This document shows, piece after piece, positions 50,273-59,775 of a stretch of DNA of 64,000 nucleotides. The notes under the pieces were generated by a model. It saw only the letters and a list, made by a program, of their open reading frames with translations. It was not told the origin of the DNA and did not search any database. The DNA is taken from NCBI GenBank assembly GCA_963976765.1, contig CAXBME010000029.1, positions 1 to 64,000 of the forward strand, read 5' to 3'. A program made the translations under genes and the position numbers. How positions within the stretch are numbered: the first letter of the stretch is position 1; each line of letters starts with the position of its first letter. This DNA is from an uncultured Planctomycetaceae bacterium (GTDB taxonomy: Bacteria; Planctomycetota; Planctomycetia; Planctomycetales; Planctomycetaceae).

Positions 50273-50430
50273 ATGCTCACTTTTTCGACTCAGATTCATT
50301 CTTCAGTTCGCCGGTCGTTCGCGATTCCGGTCGAGATTATTGTGATTACCATCTCCTGAGGGGCGAATCTGAGGCAACGCTGACACAAAAGATCGTCATA
50401 ACCCTCAGGTCGCGGGCCTGAGGGTTTTTT
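50273..50430 (+). promoter_or_regulatory. Ile-rich leader peptide and transcription attenuator upstream of cimA
   Basis: ORF 50273-50359 MLTFSTQIHSSVRRSFAIPVEIIVITIS; terminator ACCCTCAGG..CCTGAGGGT+T-run at 50401-50430; alternative arm CCTGAGGG at 50355-50362. Confidence 0.8.
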
Positions 50431-50574
50431 CATAGGCGTCCGGTTCGCACAGTCCGCTGGAGCGTGCCCCGTTCAGCCGAAACACAGTTCAGACAGGTAG
50501 TTAACCGGCCTGGTGATTCCTCTCGCGGAACGACTCCGACGGGCATTCATCAGGCAAAAACAGGACGGCACTTC

Positions 50575-52152
50575 ATGGCCACCCGAATTCAGACATACGA
50601 CACCACGCTTCGAGACGGCAGCCAGGGGGAAGGCGTCAACTTCTCGCTTCAGGACAAGCTGCTGATCGCAAAGAAGCTCGATGAACTCGGTTTTGACTAC
50701 ATCGAGGGCGGGTATCCGCTGTCGAATCCCAAAGACGAGGAGTTCTTTCAGCGAGCCGCTGACATGGACTGGAAGCACGCCAGAGTGGCTGCTTTCGGGA
50801 TGACGCGCCGGCGAGGAGTCGGAGCCGAAGATGACATCGGCATGTGTGCTCTGCGAGATTCGAAGGCACCCGTCATCACCGTCGTCGGCAAAACCTGGGA
50901 TCTGCACGTCAACGAAGTTCTGCGAGTCGACGAGGAAGAAAACCTCGCGATGATCCGGGACTCGGTGGCGTTTCTGGTCGCGGAAGGTCGCGAAGTTATT
51001 TACGACGCCGAGCATTGTTTCGACGGCCTGCGAGCAAACGAAGAGTTCGCGCTCAGGACGCTCAAAGCGGCGGAAGAGGCGGGGGCGTCGCTGGTCTGCA
51101 TGTGCGATACCAACGGCGGTCGGCTGCCGGAAGAGATCGCTGAAGCAGTTGATCTGCTTCGTCGGGAAATCTCAATCCCGGTCGGAATTCACTGTCACAA
51201 CGACAGCGACCTGGCCGTGGCGAACTCGCTGGCCGCGCTGGATCGAGGAGCCATTCAGGTTCAGGGCACGATCAACGGCATCGGCGAACGCTGCGGTAAT
51301 GTTTGTCTGTTAAGCGTTGTCGCGAATCTGCTTTTGAAGAAGGAAGGCTACGACGCGTTGCAGGAAGGTTCGCTCGCTCATCTGGCCGAGCTGTCCCGTT
51401 ACGTTTACGAAATTGCGAACATGAACTTTCGCAACAATCAGCCCTTTGTCGGGATCAGCGCGTTTGCTCACAAAGGCGGCATGCACGTTCACGCAATTAA
51501 CCGAATCGCCGAAAGTTACGAGCACATCAAGCCGGAACTCGTCGGTAACGAACGCCGCGTCCTGGTCAGCGAACTGTCTGGCCGGTCAAATATTGTGGCG
51601 AAGGCGACGAAGTACCAGATCGAGAATGACGGCGAGCTGATGACGAAGATCCTGGAGCGGGTTCAGGATCTCGAAAGCGTCGGTTATCAGTTTGAAGCTG
51701 CCGAGGCCTCGTTCGACCTGTTGATCAAAAAGGTCGCCGGTAGTTACGTGCCAAAATTCAAACGCATCCACCACCGGGTTAACGTCGAGTCCGCAGCAGA
51801 CACTCCGGCCCAGACCGAAGCAACGGTCAAGCTCACGGTTAACGGCGAAGTGGTCCACGTCGTTGGTGATGGCGACGGTCCGGTCAACGCGCTCGATGCG
51901 GCTCTGCGAAAAGCGCTGCTGCCGATTTACCCGGGCCTCGAGCAAATGCACCTTGTGGATTACAAGGTGCGAGTGATTAATTCCGCCGAGGGAACAGCAG
52001 CTCGCGTCCGCGTAGTCATCGAAAGTCGCGACGAAGACGACGTCTGGAGCACTGTCGGTGTCAGCGAGAATATCATCGAAGCGAGCTGGCTCGCTCTGGT
52101 CGACAGCGTCGAGTACAAGCTCTTCAAGGACGAAGGCGAAGTGGCCAGTTAG
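50575..52152 (+). CDS. cimA: Citramalate synthase
   Basis: YDTTLRDGSQGEG, EGGYPLSNPKD, YDAEH.FDG, HCHND, AFAHKGGMH, VSELSGRSN, GDGPVNALD. Confidence 0.93.
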   Translation: MATRIQTYDTTLRDGSQGEGVNFSLQDKLLIAKKLDELGFDYIEGGYPLSNPKDEEFFQRAADMDWKHARVAAFGMTRRRGVGAEDDIGMCALRDSKAPVITVVGKTWDLHVNEVLRVDEEENLAMIRDSVAFLVAEGREVIYDAEHCFDGLRANEEFALRTLKAAEEAGASLVCMCDTNGGRLPEEIAEAVDLLRREISIPVGIHCHNDSDLAVANSLAALDRGAIQVQGTINGIGERCGNVCLLSVVANLLLKKEGYDALQEGSLAHLAELSRYVYEIANMNFRNNQPFVGISAFAHKGGMHVHAINRIAESYEHIKPELVGNERRVLVSELSGRSNIVAKATKYQIENDGELMTKILERVQDLESVGYQFEAAEASFDLLIKKVAGSYVPKFKRIHHRVNVESAADTPAQTEATVKLTVNGEVVHVVGDGDGPVNALDAALRKALLPIYPGLEQMHLVDYKVRVINSAEGTAARVRVVIESRDEDDVWSTVGVSENIIEASWLALVDSVEYKLFKDEGEVAS

Positions 52153-52337
52153 TCGTTTCTGATATTTTGGCCGTAGATATTCGCATGATGAACGCGGAGA
52201 TCTGTTCGGAAATTTGTTTCAGAGACATTCCTGAAAATAGATCCCAATCAGTGTCCTCTGCGAAAATCGGCGGTAGATAATTCCGGTTCTAAATCCGTCT
52301 CAGACAATTTCAACCTGTTTCTTAGCATCACAGAATC

Positions 52338-55300
52338 ATGAGCACAGAACTTCCAAAGCAGTACCAACCGTCTGAAGTCCAGAGTCGGTGGCTCGATTAC
52401 TGGAAAGAGAATGGCTACTTCGATGCCAATCCGAATCCGAATTCGGAGAAGAAGCCTCATACGATCATGATTCCGCTGCCGAACGTGACCGGTGCGTTGC
52501 ACATGGGGCACGCGTTGAATGGCACGTTGCAGGATTTGATCACTCGCTGGAGGCGGATGCAGGGTTATGAAGCTCTGTGGATGCCAGGCACCGACCACGC
52601 GGGGATTGCCACTCAGGCGGTCGTTGAGCGGCGGATGTTTGAAGAGGAAGGCCTCACGCGGCACGACATCGGGCGCGAGGCGCTCGTCGAGCGGATCTGG
52701 AAGTGGAAGGACTCTTACGAGAAGCGGATTCTTGAACAGCTTCGGCAGCTTGGCGCGAGCTGCGACTGGCGACGGACTCGGTTCACGCTGGACGAGACCT
52801 GCTCGAAGGCCGTGCGTCGGACATTCTTTCGGTTCTTCAAAGACGGGCTGATTTTCCGTGGCAAGCGATTGGTCAACTGGGATCCGCATCTGCAAACGGC
52901 AGTTGCCAACGACGAAGTCTTTCACGAGGAAGTTGACGGCCACTTCTGGACGTTCACTTATCCTGTTGTGGGCGAAGATGGCGAGCTGACCGGCGAGAAG
53001 CTGGCGTTTTCGACGACGCGACCGGAAACGATGATTGGCGACTCGGCGGTCTGTGTTCATCCGACGGACGAGCGGTACGAGCATCTTGTTGGGCTGAAAT
53101 GTCGCATTCCGGTGACCGGTCGAGACATTCCGATCATCGCCGACGCTCTGCTGGCGAAGAAGGAACTCGGGACCGGCTGCGTGAAAGTGACGCCGGCGCA
53201 CGACCACAACGACTACGCCTGCGGTCTGCGCTACGGCCTGGAACAGATCAACATTCTCAACCCGGACGCGACGATCAACGAGCACGGTGGCGAGAAATAT
53301 CAGGGCCTGGACCGGTACGAATGCCGCACGAAAATTGTCGAGGACATGGAAGCTCTCGGTCACTTCGTCGAAGTCGAAGATCGCAAAATCGAGCTGGCCC
53401 ACAGCGACCGTTCGAAGTCACCGGTCGAGCCGTACCTCTCGGATCAGTGGTTCGTGAAAATGGACGATTGGGCTGACGGCAAGCCGGGGCTGGCCCAGTC
53501 AGCGATGGACGCCGTCACTGATCCTGACGGGAAAAAACCGCGAGTGAAGTTCTTCCCGCAGCGTTACCAGCGAACGTACCTCGACTGGCTCGGAGAAAAA
53601 CGCGACTGGTGCATCAGCCGCCAGCTTTGGTGGGGGCACAGGATACCCGTCTGGTCGAAACAGATTGGGCAAATTCAGATCGAGTCCGGAGTGTTTGTTC
53701 AAAACGAGGATTCCAAGGCGTTTGCTGGAAAGACCGTATTTGGCTTCTTAACCGACGAGCAGAATGAAAATGTTCTAGTTCAGGAAAGGACCGATGCAAC
53801 GAGTGGTGATCAGTTTAGATATGTCTGTCTCGACTCGGATGATCCTGAGATCATTTCAAAGCTTGAACAAGAGGGATACGAGCAGGACGAAAGCGTTCTC
53901 GATACTTGGTTCAGCTCGGCTCTTTGGCCACACGCGACGCTTGGCTGGCCGGACACGGGGAACAACCCGCCGCTGGCAGATGGCAGCTCTGAACCCTCGA
54001 CTCTCGACTCTCAGCCCTCAGCCAAAAACGAAGTTCTCGACTACTTCTACCCCGGCAGCGTGCTGATCACGTCGCGGGACATCATCACGCTGTGGGTTGC
54101 CCGGATGGTGCTCACGGGGCTCTACAACATGAAGGACTCTCCGCGCGTTCAACGCGGAGAGATGTCTCCGCAGGACATGGTCCCGTTCTCGCACGTGCAT
54201 GTGCATCCGAAAATCCTCGACGGCTTCGGGCAGACGATGAGTAAGTCGAAGGGGAACGGTTGCGATCCTCAGGACTTGATCGATCGGTACGGGACGGATG
54301 CCGTTCGGTTTTCGATTGCGTCGTTCGCGGGCGAGACCCAGGACGTCAAGCTGCCGATGGGCTATGAGTGTCCCCATTGTGAGAACGTCGTTCCGCAGGC
54401 TCTCGACGGCAAAGGGCCGATGGTCAAGCCGGCGACGGTTAAAGGTACGCTGCGAGGTACTTCGGAAAAGGTGCTGATGCCGTGTCCGAAGTGCAAAAAG
54501 GAATCGCAGTTCTCGACGCCGCAGTACGATCTTGATCCGGCTCAACCAGCAGCTCGGATGGTCAGCGAGCGGTTCGAGTACGGGCGAAACTTCTGCAACA
54601 AGCTGTGGAACGCCGCGCGGTTTGCGATCATGAATCTCGAAGGCTACACGCCAGGGAAGATTCAAGAGTCTGACCTGCGGCTGGAAGATCGCTGGGTGCT
54701 CAGTCGGCTTTCGCGGGTGACTGAGGAAGTGACCACGCTGCTCGGTCGGTACCAGTTTGACAAGGCCACGCAGGCGATCCGCGACTTTACGTGGAACGAG
54801 TTCTGCGACTGGTATCTGGAGATGATCAAACCTCGGCTGAAGGCAGAGGGGGACGACGGAGCAGTGAGCAGCGAGAAGGCTGTGGCTCAGCGGGTGCTGG
54901 TCGGCGTGCTCGACGGGCTGATTCGATTGCTGCAGCCGTTTACTCCGTTCATCTGCGAAGAGTTGTGGCAGAAGCTCAAGGACATCGCTCCGGAACGCGG
55001 ACTGTTTGAACCTCAGGCTGCGGCCGAAAGTGCGATGATTGCTTCATGGCCGGAGCTGCCTGCGAGTTTGCAGGACGCGAACCTCGAAGATCGCTTCAGC
55101 CGGCTGCAGGAAACGGTCGTCGCCGTGCGGAATATCCGAGCGGTTTATGGCATCGGCCCGAATGTTCCCGTCAAGCTGTTCATGAAGTGCGAACCGGGAG
55201 TCGCCGAAGAGTTGCAGGTTTGCGCGGACCAGTTTGAGAATCTCGCAAAGACGATTCTCGAAGCAGCGGGGGCCGAGATTGATCGACCGGCGGCTTCGGC

Positions 55301-55559
55301 GAGTTTCAACCTGAAAGACGCTGACGGTTTCGTCCCGCTGGAAGGACTCGTCGATGTTGGCGCGGAGCTGGAGCGTCAGAAGAAGGAAGCCGACAAGCTG
55401 CGAGGGTTCATCAAAGGGCATTCTGCCAAGCTGAAGAACGAAAAGTTCGTGCAGAACGCTCCGGAGAAAGTCGTGGCTGAGGTGCGAGAGACGCTGGCCG
55501 GTCTGGAAAAGCAGCTTGAGTCGGTTGAGGCCGTGATTGCTCAGTTGGGCGACGGTTAG
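52338..55559 (+). CDS. valS: Valine--tRNA ligase
   Basis: PNVTGALHMGH, GTDHAGIATQ, DWCISRQLWWGH, MSKSKGNG, C-terminal coiled coil. Confidence 0.97.
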   Translation: MSTELPKQYQPSEVQSRWLDYWKENGYFDANPNPNSEKKPHTIMIPLPNVTGALHMGHALNGTLQDLITRWRRMQGYEALWMPGTDHAGIATQAVVERRMFEEEGLTRHDIGREALVERIWKWKDSYEKRILEQLRQLGASCDWRRTRFTLDETCSKAVRRTFFRFFKDGLIFRGKRLVNWDPHLQTAVANDEVFHEEVDGHFWTFTYPVVGEDGELTGEKLAFSTTRPETMIGDSAVCVHPTDERYEHLVGLKCRIPVTGRDIPIIADALLAKKELGTGCVKVTPAHDHNDYACGLRYGLEQINILNPDATINEHGGEKYQGLDRYECRTKIVEDMEALGHFVEVEDRKIELAHSDRSKSPVEPYLSDQWFVKMDDWADGKPGLAQSAMDAVTDPDGKKPRVKFFPQRYQRTYLDWLGEKRDWCISRQLWWGHRIPVWSKQIGQIQIESGVFVQNEDSKAFAGKTVFGFLTDEQNENVLVQERTDATSGDQFRYVCLDSDDPEIISKLEQEGYEQDESVLDTWFSSALWPHATLGWPDTGNNPPLADGSSEPSTLDSQPSAKNEVLDYFYPGSVLITSRDIITLWVARMVLTGLYNMKDSPRVQRGEMSPQDMVPFSHVHVHPKILDGFGQTMSKSKGNGCDPQDLIDRYGTDAVRFSIASFAGETQDVKLPMGYECPHCENVVPQALDGKGPMVKPATVKGTLRGTSEKVLMPCPKCKKESQFSTPQYDLDPAQPAARMVSERFEYGRNFCNKLWNAARFAIMNLEGYTPGKIQESDLRLEDRWVLSRLSRVTEEVTTLLGRYQFDKATQAIRDFTWNEFCDWYLEMIKPRLKAEGDDGAVSSEKAVAQRVLVGVLDGLIRLLQPFTPFICEELWQKLKDIAPERGLFEPQAAAESAMIASWPELPASLQDANLEDRFSRLQETVVAVRNIRAVYGIGPNVPVKLFMKCEPGVAEELQVCADQFENLAKTILEAAGAEIDRPAASASFNLKDADGFVPLEGLVDVGAELERQKKEADKLRGFIKGHSAKLKNEKFVQNAPEKVVAEVRETLAGLEKQLESVEAVIAQLGDG

Positions 55560-55657
55560 GTTTTCACGATGCCATAAGCAGGAACGAACGCAGCGCTGTT
55601 CCAACCTGCTGGCTATTGCCGCCTCGCCTTGAAGTGTTGATCGCCGCAGACAAAATG

Positions 55658-55728
55658 CACTGTTGCGCAAGCCAGCAGTGGCACCTGCGCGGCTGCGCCG
55701 CTCAGGTTGCGAGCAACCTGAGCCACCC
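55658..55728. repeat. Two tandem REP-like palindromes
   Basis: CACTGTTG..CAGCAGTGGCACC (55658-55685) and GCTCAGGTTGC..GCAACCTGAGCCACCC (55700-55728); the latter matches 45645-45684. Confidence 0.6.
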
Positions 55729-56054
55729 GTTCGTATCTGGATCGGATGGCGGAATTCCAGTCTGAGCGGCTTTGGTGTCAAGCTGGGAAGTCCGGAGAGA
55801 CTGTTCCGGTCGTATCGGTTGTACGCTCGTCCTCGCCCGAAACGCTGTCAGGATCCACACAGGCGTCAAAACTTGCCGCAGAGTATGTCGATACCTTTGA
55901 GGCATGACCGGAACGTATCGGTCATGTGCACTGTGATGTCGGATTTGGGCGATGAAAGACTGTTGGTCCGGTAACTGGTTTGCTGGCTGAGAGTCTTGAT
56001 GCAGATCGTTCAGGTCTGGCGGATCAGTACGAAAGCGTCGCCTGTAAATGAGCG

Positions 56055-57785
56055 ATGCGGTCTCGGGGCGAAGCAGGAAGCTCCACCCGGATGAAGCGGC
56101 AGGGTTACCGCCGACAGACCAGCCTCCATACACGGATATTCAGGGAGAGAGCAGTGAGAATCGAATTCTCAGCACGAGCTTGGATGCTCAGCGCAGCCAC
56201 GGGGCTGGTGATCCTGCCATCAATGGACGTCGAGGTTCGAGCCGAATCTTCGGCCTCCGAATCGGCCATCAATGAGTCATCCGGTGAGCCTCGGATGTTG
56301 ATCGAACGTCCCGCGACGCGGGAAGCGATCAGCTCGTCGAAACCGGCGAGAGGGCTGTTTCCAAAGCTCTTTTCGTCGCAGAAGGAAGAGCCAGCGGTTC
56401 AGCTTCCGCCGAGAGAAGCAGGCGATACTCGCAGCGAAGTTCAGCGACATCTCGACGCTCTGTACGGTCGGGAAGGGCGAGAGGCTCCATCGCTGGACAT
56501 CGGCCAGCCGCAGGGGACAGCCTTAAGTTCGCCGGTCGCTCCGCAGTCAGGCAAGTCTTCTGCGACGTCGTCGGGCAGCAGCTCGATTCAGCAGGTTTCG
56601 TCGAACCCATTTAAGAGGTTCTTCCAGAAGATCACTCCGTTCCGCCGAGCGAAGGATCCGAACGACGAACGACCTGAAAAAGTCGAGCCGCTATCGGCAG
56701 CAGCTCGTCGTGAGCAGTTGCGACTTCAGCAGACGCCGATCGCCCCGCCAGTTGTAAAACCTCAGCCGAATCTGGAGCCGATGCCGATTCCGATGAGCAC
56801 CGAAGGCGTGGCTGCTCGACCGGCTCTACCCGCACTGGACCTGCTGGTGCCGCCAGCTCCGGCTCCTGCCGAGACGGTTGAAGAAGCGACGGCTGCTGTG
56901 GAAGAATTCAAGGCTCCAGTGGCGGCAGCGGCTGCCGAGCTGGGGGCAAAAGCGGATGAAACCGCTCGAAAGCTGCCTCAGTTTCTGCCGGCAGTCGAAC
57001 TTCCGCGGGGCGATGCCCCTCAATTGCTGGCGACAGAGCTGTCCGACGAGCCAGTCGGTGCGAAGACAAGCGAAGCAATCGACGCGGCGACTGACGATCT
57101 GCTCGGAAATCCGTTTCCTGAGTTGTCTGAGACAGAAGCTGATGGGACCGTAAAAGCCGACAAGCCGACCGCCATTGCGGAATCGGATGAGGCGGCAGAG
57201 AGCAATCCGTTCAACGGACTGAAGCTCGACGTCGAAGCCGCTGAGACCGCAGTTCAGCAGACAGCGGCAGATTCGATCCCGCTGCCTAAACTTCCTGACT
57301 TGCCGGCTCCGGCGGAACTTGCCGCGCCGAATAACGCTGCCCGTGCTGGTAAGCTGCCGGAGATCACCCCTGCGGAAAAACCGATCGTGAAATCGACGGT
57401 TCCGAGTGGAGCACACAGCGACAAGCTGAAGAAGATTGCTGAACGCAGCGAGCTGACTGGTTTGAAAGGTTTCTGCCCGGTTGCACTTCGTGATTCACGA
57501 GAACTGAAAGACGCCCGGCCTTCATTCCAGGCTGAATTCAACGGCAACTATTTCAACTTCTCGTCTGCCGAGGCTCTTGAAACATTCAAAGCCGATCCAG
57601 AGAAGTATGTTCCTGCCGCTGCTGGTCAGGACGTCGTACTGGCTGCTAACGAGGGAACGAATCGCGAAGGTTCACTCGATCGAGCTGTCTGGTATCGAGA
57701 CCGTCTTTACCTCTTCAGCACTCAGCGGTCACACGAAGAGTTCATTGCCTCGCCTGCAAAGTTTGCTGTCGACCTCGCAGAATAA
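56055..57785 (+). CDS. Exported Pro/Ala-rich protein with C-terminal tandem YHS-like domains (start uncertain)
   Basis: Long low-complexity region, then GFCPVAL...YFNFSS...FKADPEKY and YRDRLYLFST...FIASPAKF. Confidence 0.75.
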   Translation: MRSRGEAGSSTRMKRQGYRRQTSLHTRIFRERAVRIEFSARAWMLSAATGLVILPSMDVEVRAESSASESAINESSGEPRMLIERPATREAISSSKPARGLFPKLFSSQKEEPAVQLPPREAGDTRSEVQRHLDALYGREGREAPSLDIGQPQGTALSSPVAPQSGKSSATSSGSSSIQQVSSNPFKRFFQKITPFRRAKDPNDERPEKVEPLSAAARREQLRLQQTPIAPPVVKPQPNLEPMPIPMSTEGVAARPALPALDLLVPPAPAPAETVEEATAAVEEFKAPVAAAAAELGAKADETARKLPQFLPAVELPRGDAPQLLATELSDEPVGAKTSEAIDAATDDLLGNPFPELSETEADGTVKADKPTAIAESDEAAESNPFNGLKLDVEAAETAVQQTAADSIPLPKLPDLPAPAELAAPNNAARAGKLPEITPAEKPIVKSTVPSGAHSDKLKKIAERSELTGLKGFCPVALRDSRELKDARPSFQAEFNGNYFNFSSAEALETFKADPEKYVPAAAGQDVVLAANEGTNREGSLDRAVWYRDRLYLFSTQRSHEEFIASPAKFAVDLAE

Positions 57786-57854
57786 TGAGGGGGCGTTGAA
57801 CAAAGTCTGACTGTCTGGTGGACAGTGGCTCATTGGGTAGGGCTGGGATTTCAA

Positions 57855-57893
57855 ACGAGGCTTGCGAGCACCGGCTTGCAAGCCTCGTCTTTT
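57855..57893 (+). terminator. Probable terminator
   Basis: ACGAGGCTTGC...GCAAGCCTCGT stem followed by CTTTT. Confidence 0.6.
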
Positions 57894-58284
57894 GTTAGAA
57901 AATTGTTTTTGTATGAGCGTGCTGTTTTGTGTTTGGGAATGTTATTTTGACGGTTGACGTGGCGGTCCCAGCTGACTGCCTGGCGTGGCGTTGTGTCAGC
58001 TCTTGTGGATTCGACACCTGAGTCAGATTTGACAGATAGTGCAATTCAACGGCCTGGCCTCGACAACTTCCGCATTCGCATGCAACTGAAGCAGCGAATT
58101 GCATTGAGATACAGTCCGTGGGTTATACAATCTCTCGCCTGCTAATGAGATAGAACTGCCACACGGGCAGTTGTCAACCCCACCTTCACTTCGGCATTAC
58201 TCTCCAGCCGAGTTCGGTCTCTCGAAGACCTCATTTGCGTGCTCATCACCTCTCCATTACTCCAAACGTAGAGTTAAGAACGCG

Positions 58285-59430
58285 ATGAACTACCACATCC
58301 TGCTGACTGGCGCAACGGGTCTGCTTGGAAGATACCTGCTTCGCGACCTTCTTCTGGCTGATACCCCTGTCGCCGTCCTTGTCCGTCGTGGTCGCCGTCA
58401 AAGCGCCGCGGAGCGTGTTGAAGCCATGATGCTGAGCTGGGAAGCGATGCTTGACCGGGAGTTGCCGCGTCCGCATGTTCTCGAAGGCGACTTGACGAAG
58501 CCAAATCTGGGCCTCACCGATGACGACCTCAGCTGGGTCGAGAATAACTGTGACTCGGTGCTGCACAATGCGGCCAGCCTGACGTTCATCAGTTCTGACC
58601 CGGATGGCGAGCCCTGGATTTCTAACGTCACGGGAACTCAGAACGTTCTCGATGTCTGCGAGCGTACTGGCATCAAAGACTTCCATCATGTGTCGACATC
58701 GTACGTCTGCGGTCTGCGTGATGGCGACGTGCTCGAAAGCGAACTCGACGAAGGCCAGGAGTGGGGCAACGATTACGAACGCAGCAAAGTCCAGGCTGAG
58801 AAGCTGGTCCGCGACGCAAAATTCCTCAGTCCTCCAACGTTCTACCGCCCGGCGATCATCGTTGGAGATTCGGAAACCGGATTCACGACGACATTCCACG
58901 GCTTTTATGCGACTTTGCATCTTGCATACACGCTGCAGAAATCGATGAACGCCGAGATGGGGCGCGATCGGTCGATACCGACTCGCATTACCCTGGACGG
59001 TGATGAGAGGAAGAGTTTCGTTCCTGTCGATTGGGTTTCGGCGGTCACCGCACACATCGTTACCAACCGCGAGTTCCACGGCCAGACTTACCATCTGACT
59101 CCCGACAATCCGGTTTCGGTGAGCGACGTCAAGAAGGTGCTTGAGTCGGCCTACGGTTTTGAAGGTGCGGTCTTCCACGGTTCAGGCAATCCTGTTGAAG
59201 ACCCCACTGAAGTCGAGCAGCTCTTCTACGAGCACATTCGGGTTTACAACTCGTACTGGCGTGACGATCCGCGATTTGATGGCACGAATACCAGGGCCGC
59301 CGCGCCTCATCTGCCATGTCCGACGATTGATTTTGAGCGGTTGCTCATGATGGCGAACAAGGCGATCGAAATGGACTTCCGCTGGAAAGATAAGACGCCA
59401 GAAAAGAAGGTCTCCGCCACATCCAATTAG
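58285..59430 (+). CDS. Extended SDR / thioester-reductase-like NAD-binding oxidoreductase
   Basis: TGATGLLG, HNAA, HVSTSYV, YERSK, YRPAIIVGDS. Confidence 0.88.
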   Translation: MNYHILLTGATGLLGRYLLRDLLLADTPVAVLVRRGRRQSAAERVEAMMLSWEAMLDRELPRPHVLEGDLTKPNLGLTDDDLSWVENNCDSVLHNAASLTFISSDPDGEPWISNVTGTQNVLDVCERTGIKDFHHVSTSYVCGLRDGDVLESELDEGQEWGNDYERSKVQAEKLVRDAKFLSPPTFYRPAIIVGDSETGFTTTFHGFYATLHLAYTLQKSMNAEMGRDRSIPTRITLDGDERKSFVPVDWVSAVTAHIVTNREFHGQTYHLTPDNPVSVSDVKKVLESAYGFEGAVFHGSGNPVEDPTEVEQLFYEHIRVYNSYWRDDPRFDGTNTRAAAPHLPCPTIDFERLLMMANKAIEMDFRWKDKTPEKKVSATSN

Positions 59431-59484
59431 CCAGCGACATGGTTGGAACTGGCGACAGAGTGGCGACCAGCTACTGACTTCCTT

Positions 59485-59518
59485 CAGCCGTGATCGGTTT
59501 TCCGATCACGGCTGTTTT
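59485..59518 (+). terminator. Rho-independent terminator
   Basis: CAGCCGTGATCGG-TTTT-CCGATCACGGCTG followed by TTTT. Confidence 0.8.
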
Positions 59519-59608
59519 CGTTGGAGCATGTCCGTGGCACCGTGGCTGTCAGGGGTAAGCTGGGCTGTAGCTTTGCTCGTAGTCTGGTAACGGTCTGACA
59601 ACAGGGCG

Positions 59609-59638
59609 TTGACAAGCTGAAATTCACAGGGCTACACT
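59609..59638 (+). promoter_or_regulatory. Sigma70-like promoter upstream of hppA
   Basis: TTGACA-18 nt-TACACT. Confidence 0.55.
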
Positions 59639-59775
59639 CGCGAGCTTGCTTTAAGATCGGCTGGGAATGAGTCAGTTGCTGCGGAAATTGAGCTTCGCAA
59701 TGGCTGCCTGTTTAGCCTTCGCCCGTTCGAAATGAGCATGGAGCCACATAGTTCTGAAGGAGTGGAACTGCCAGG

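Noticed and set aside
52153..52337. T-box riboswitch upstream of valS
   Set aside because: No T-box consensus or terminator/antiterminator seen.
52248..53402. 384-aa minus-strand ORF
   Set aside because: Antisense shadow of valS caused by codon bias.
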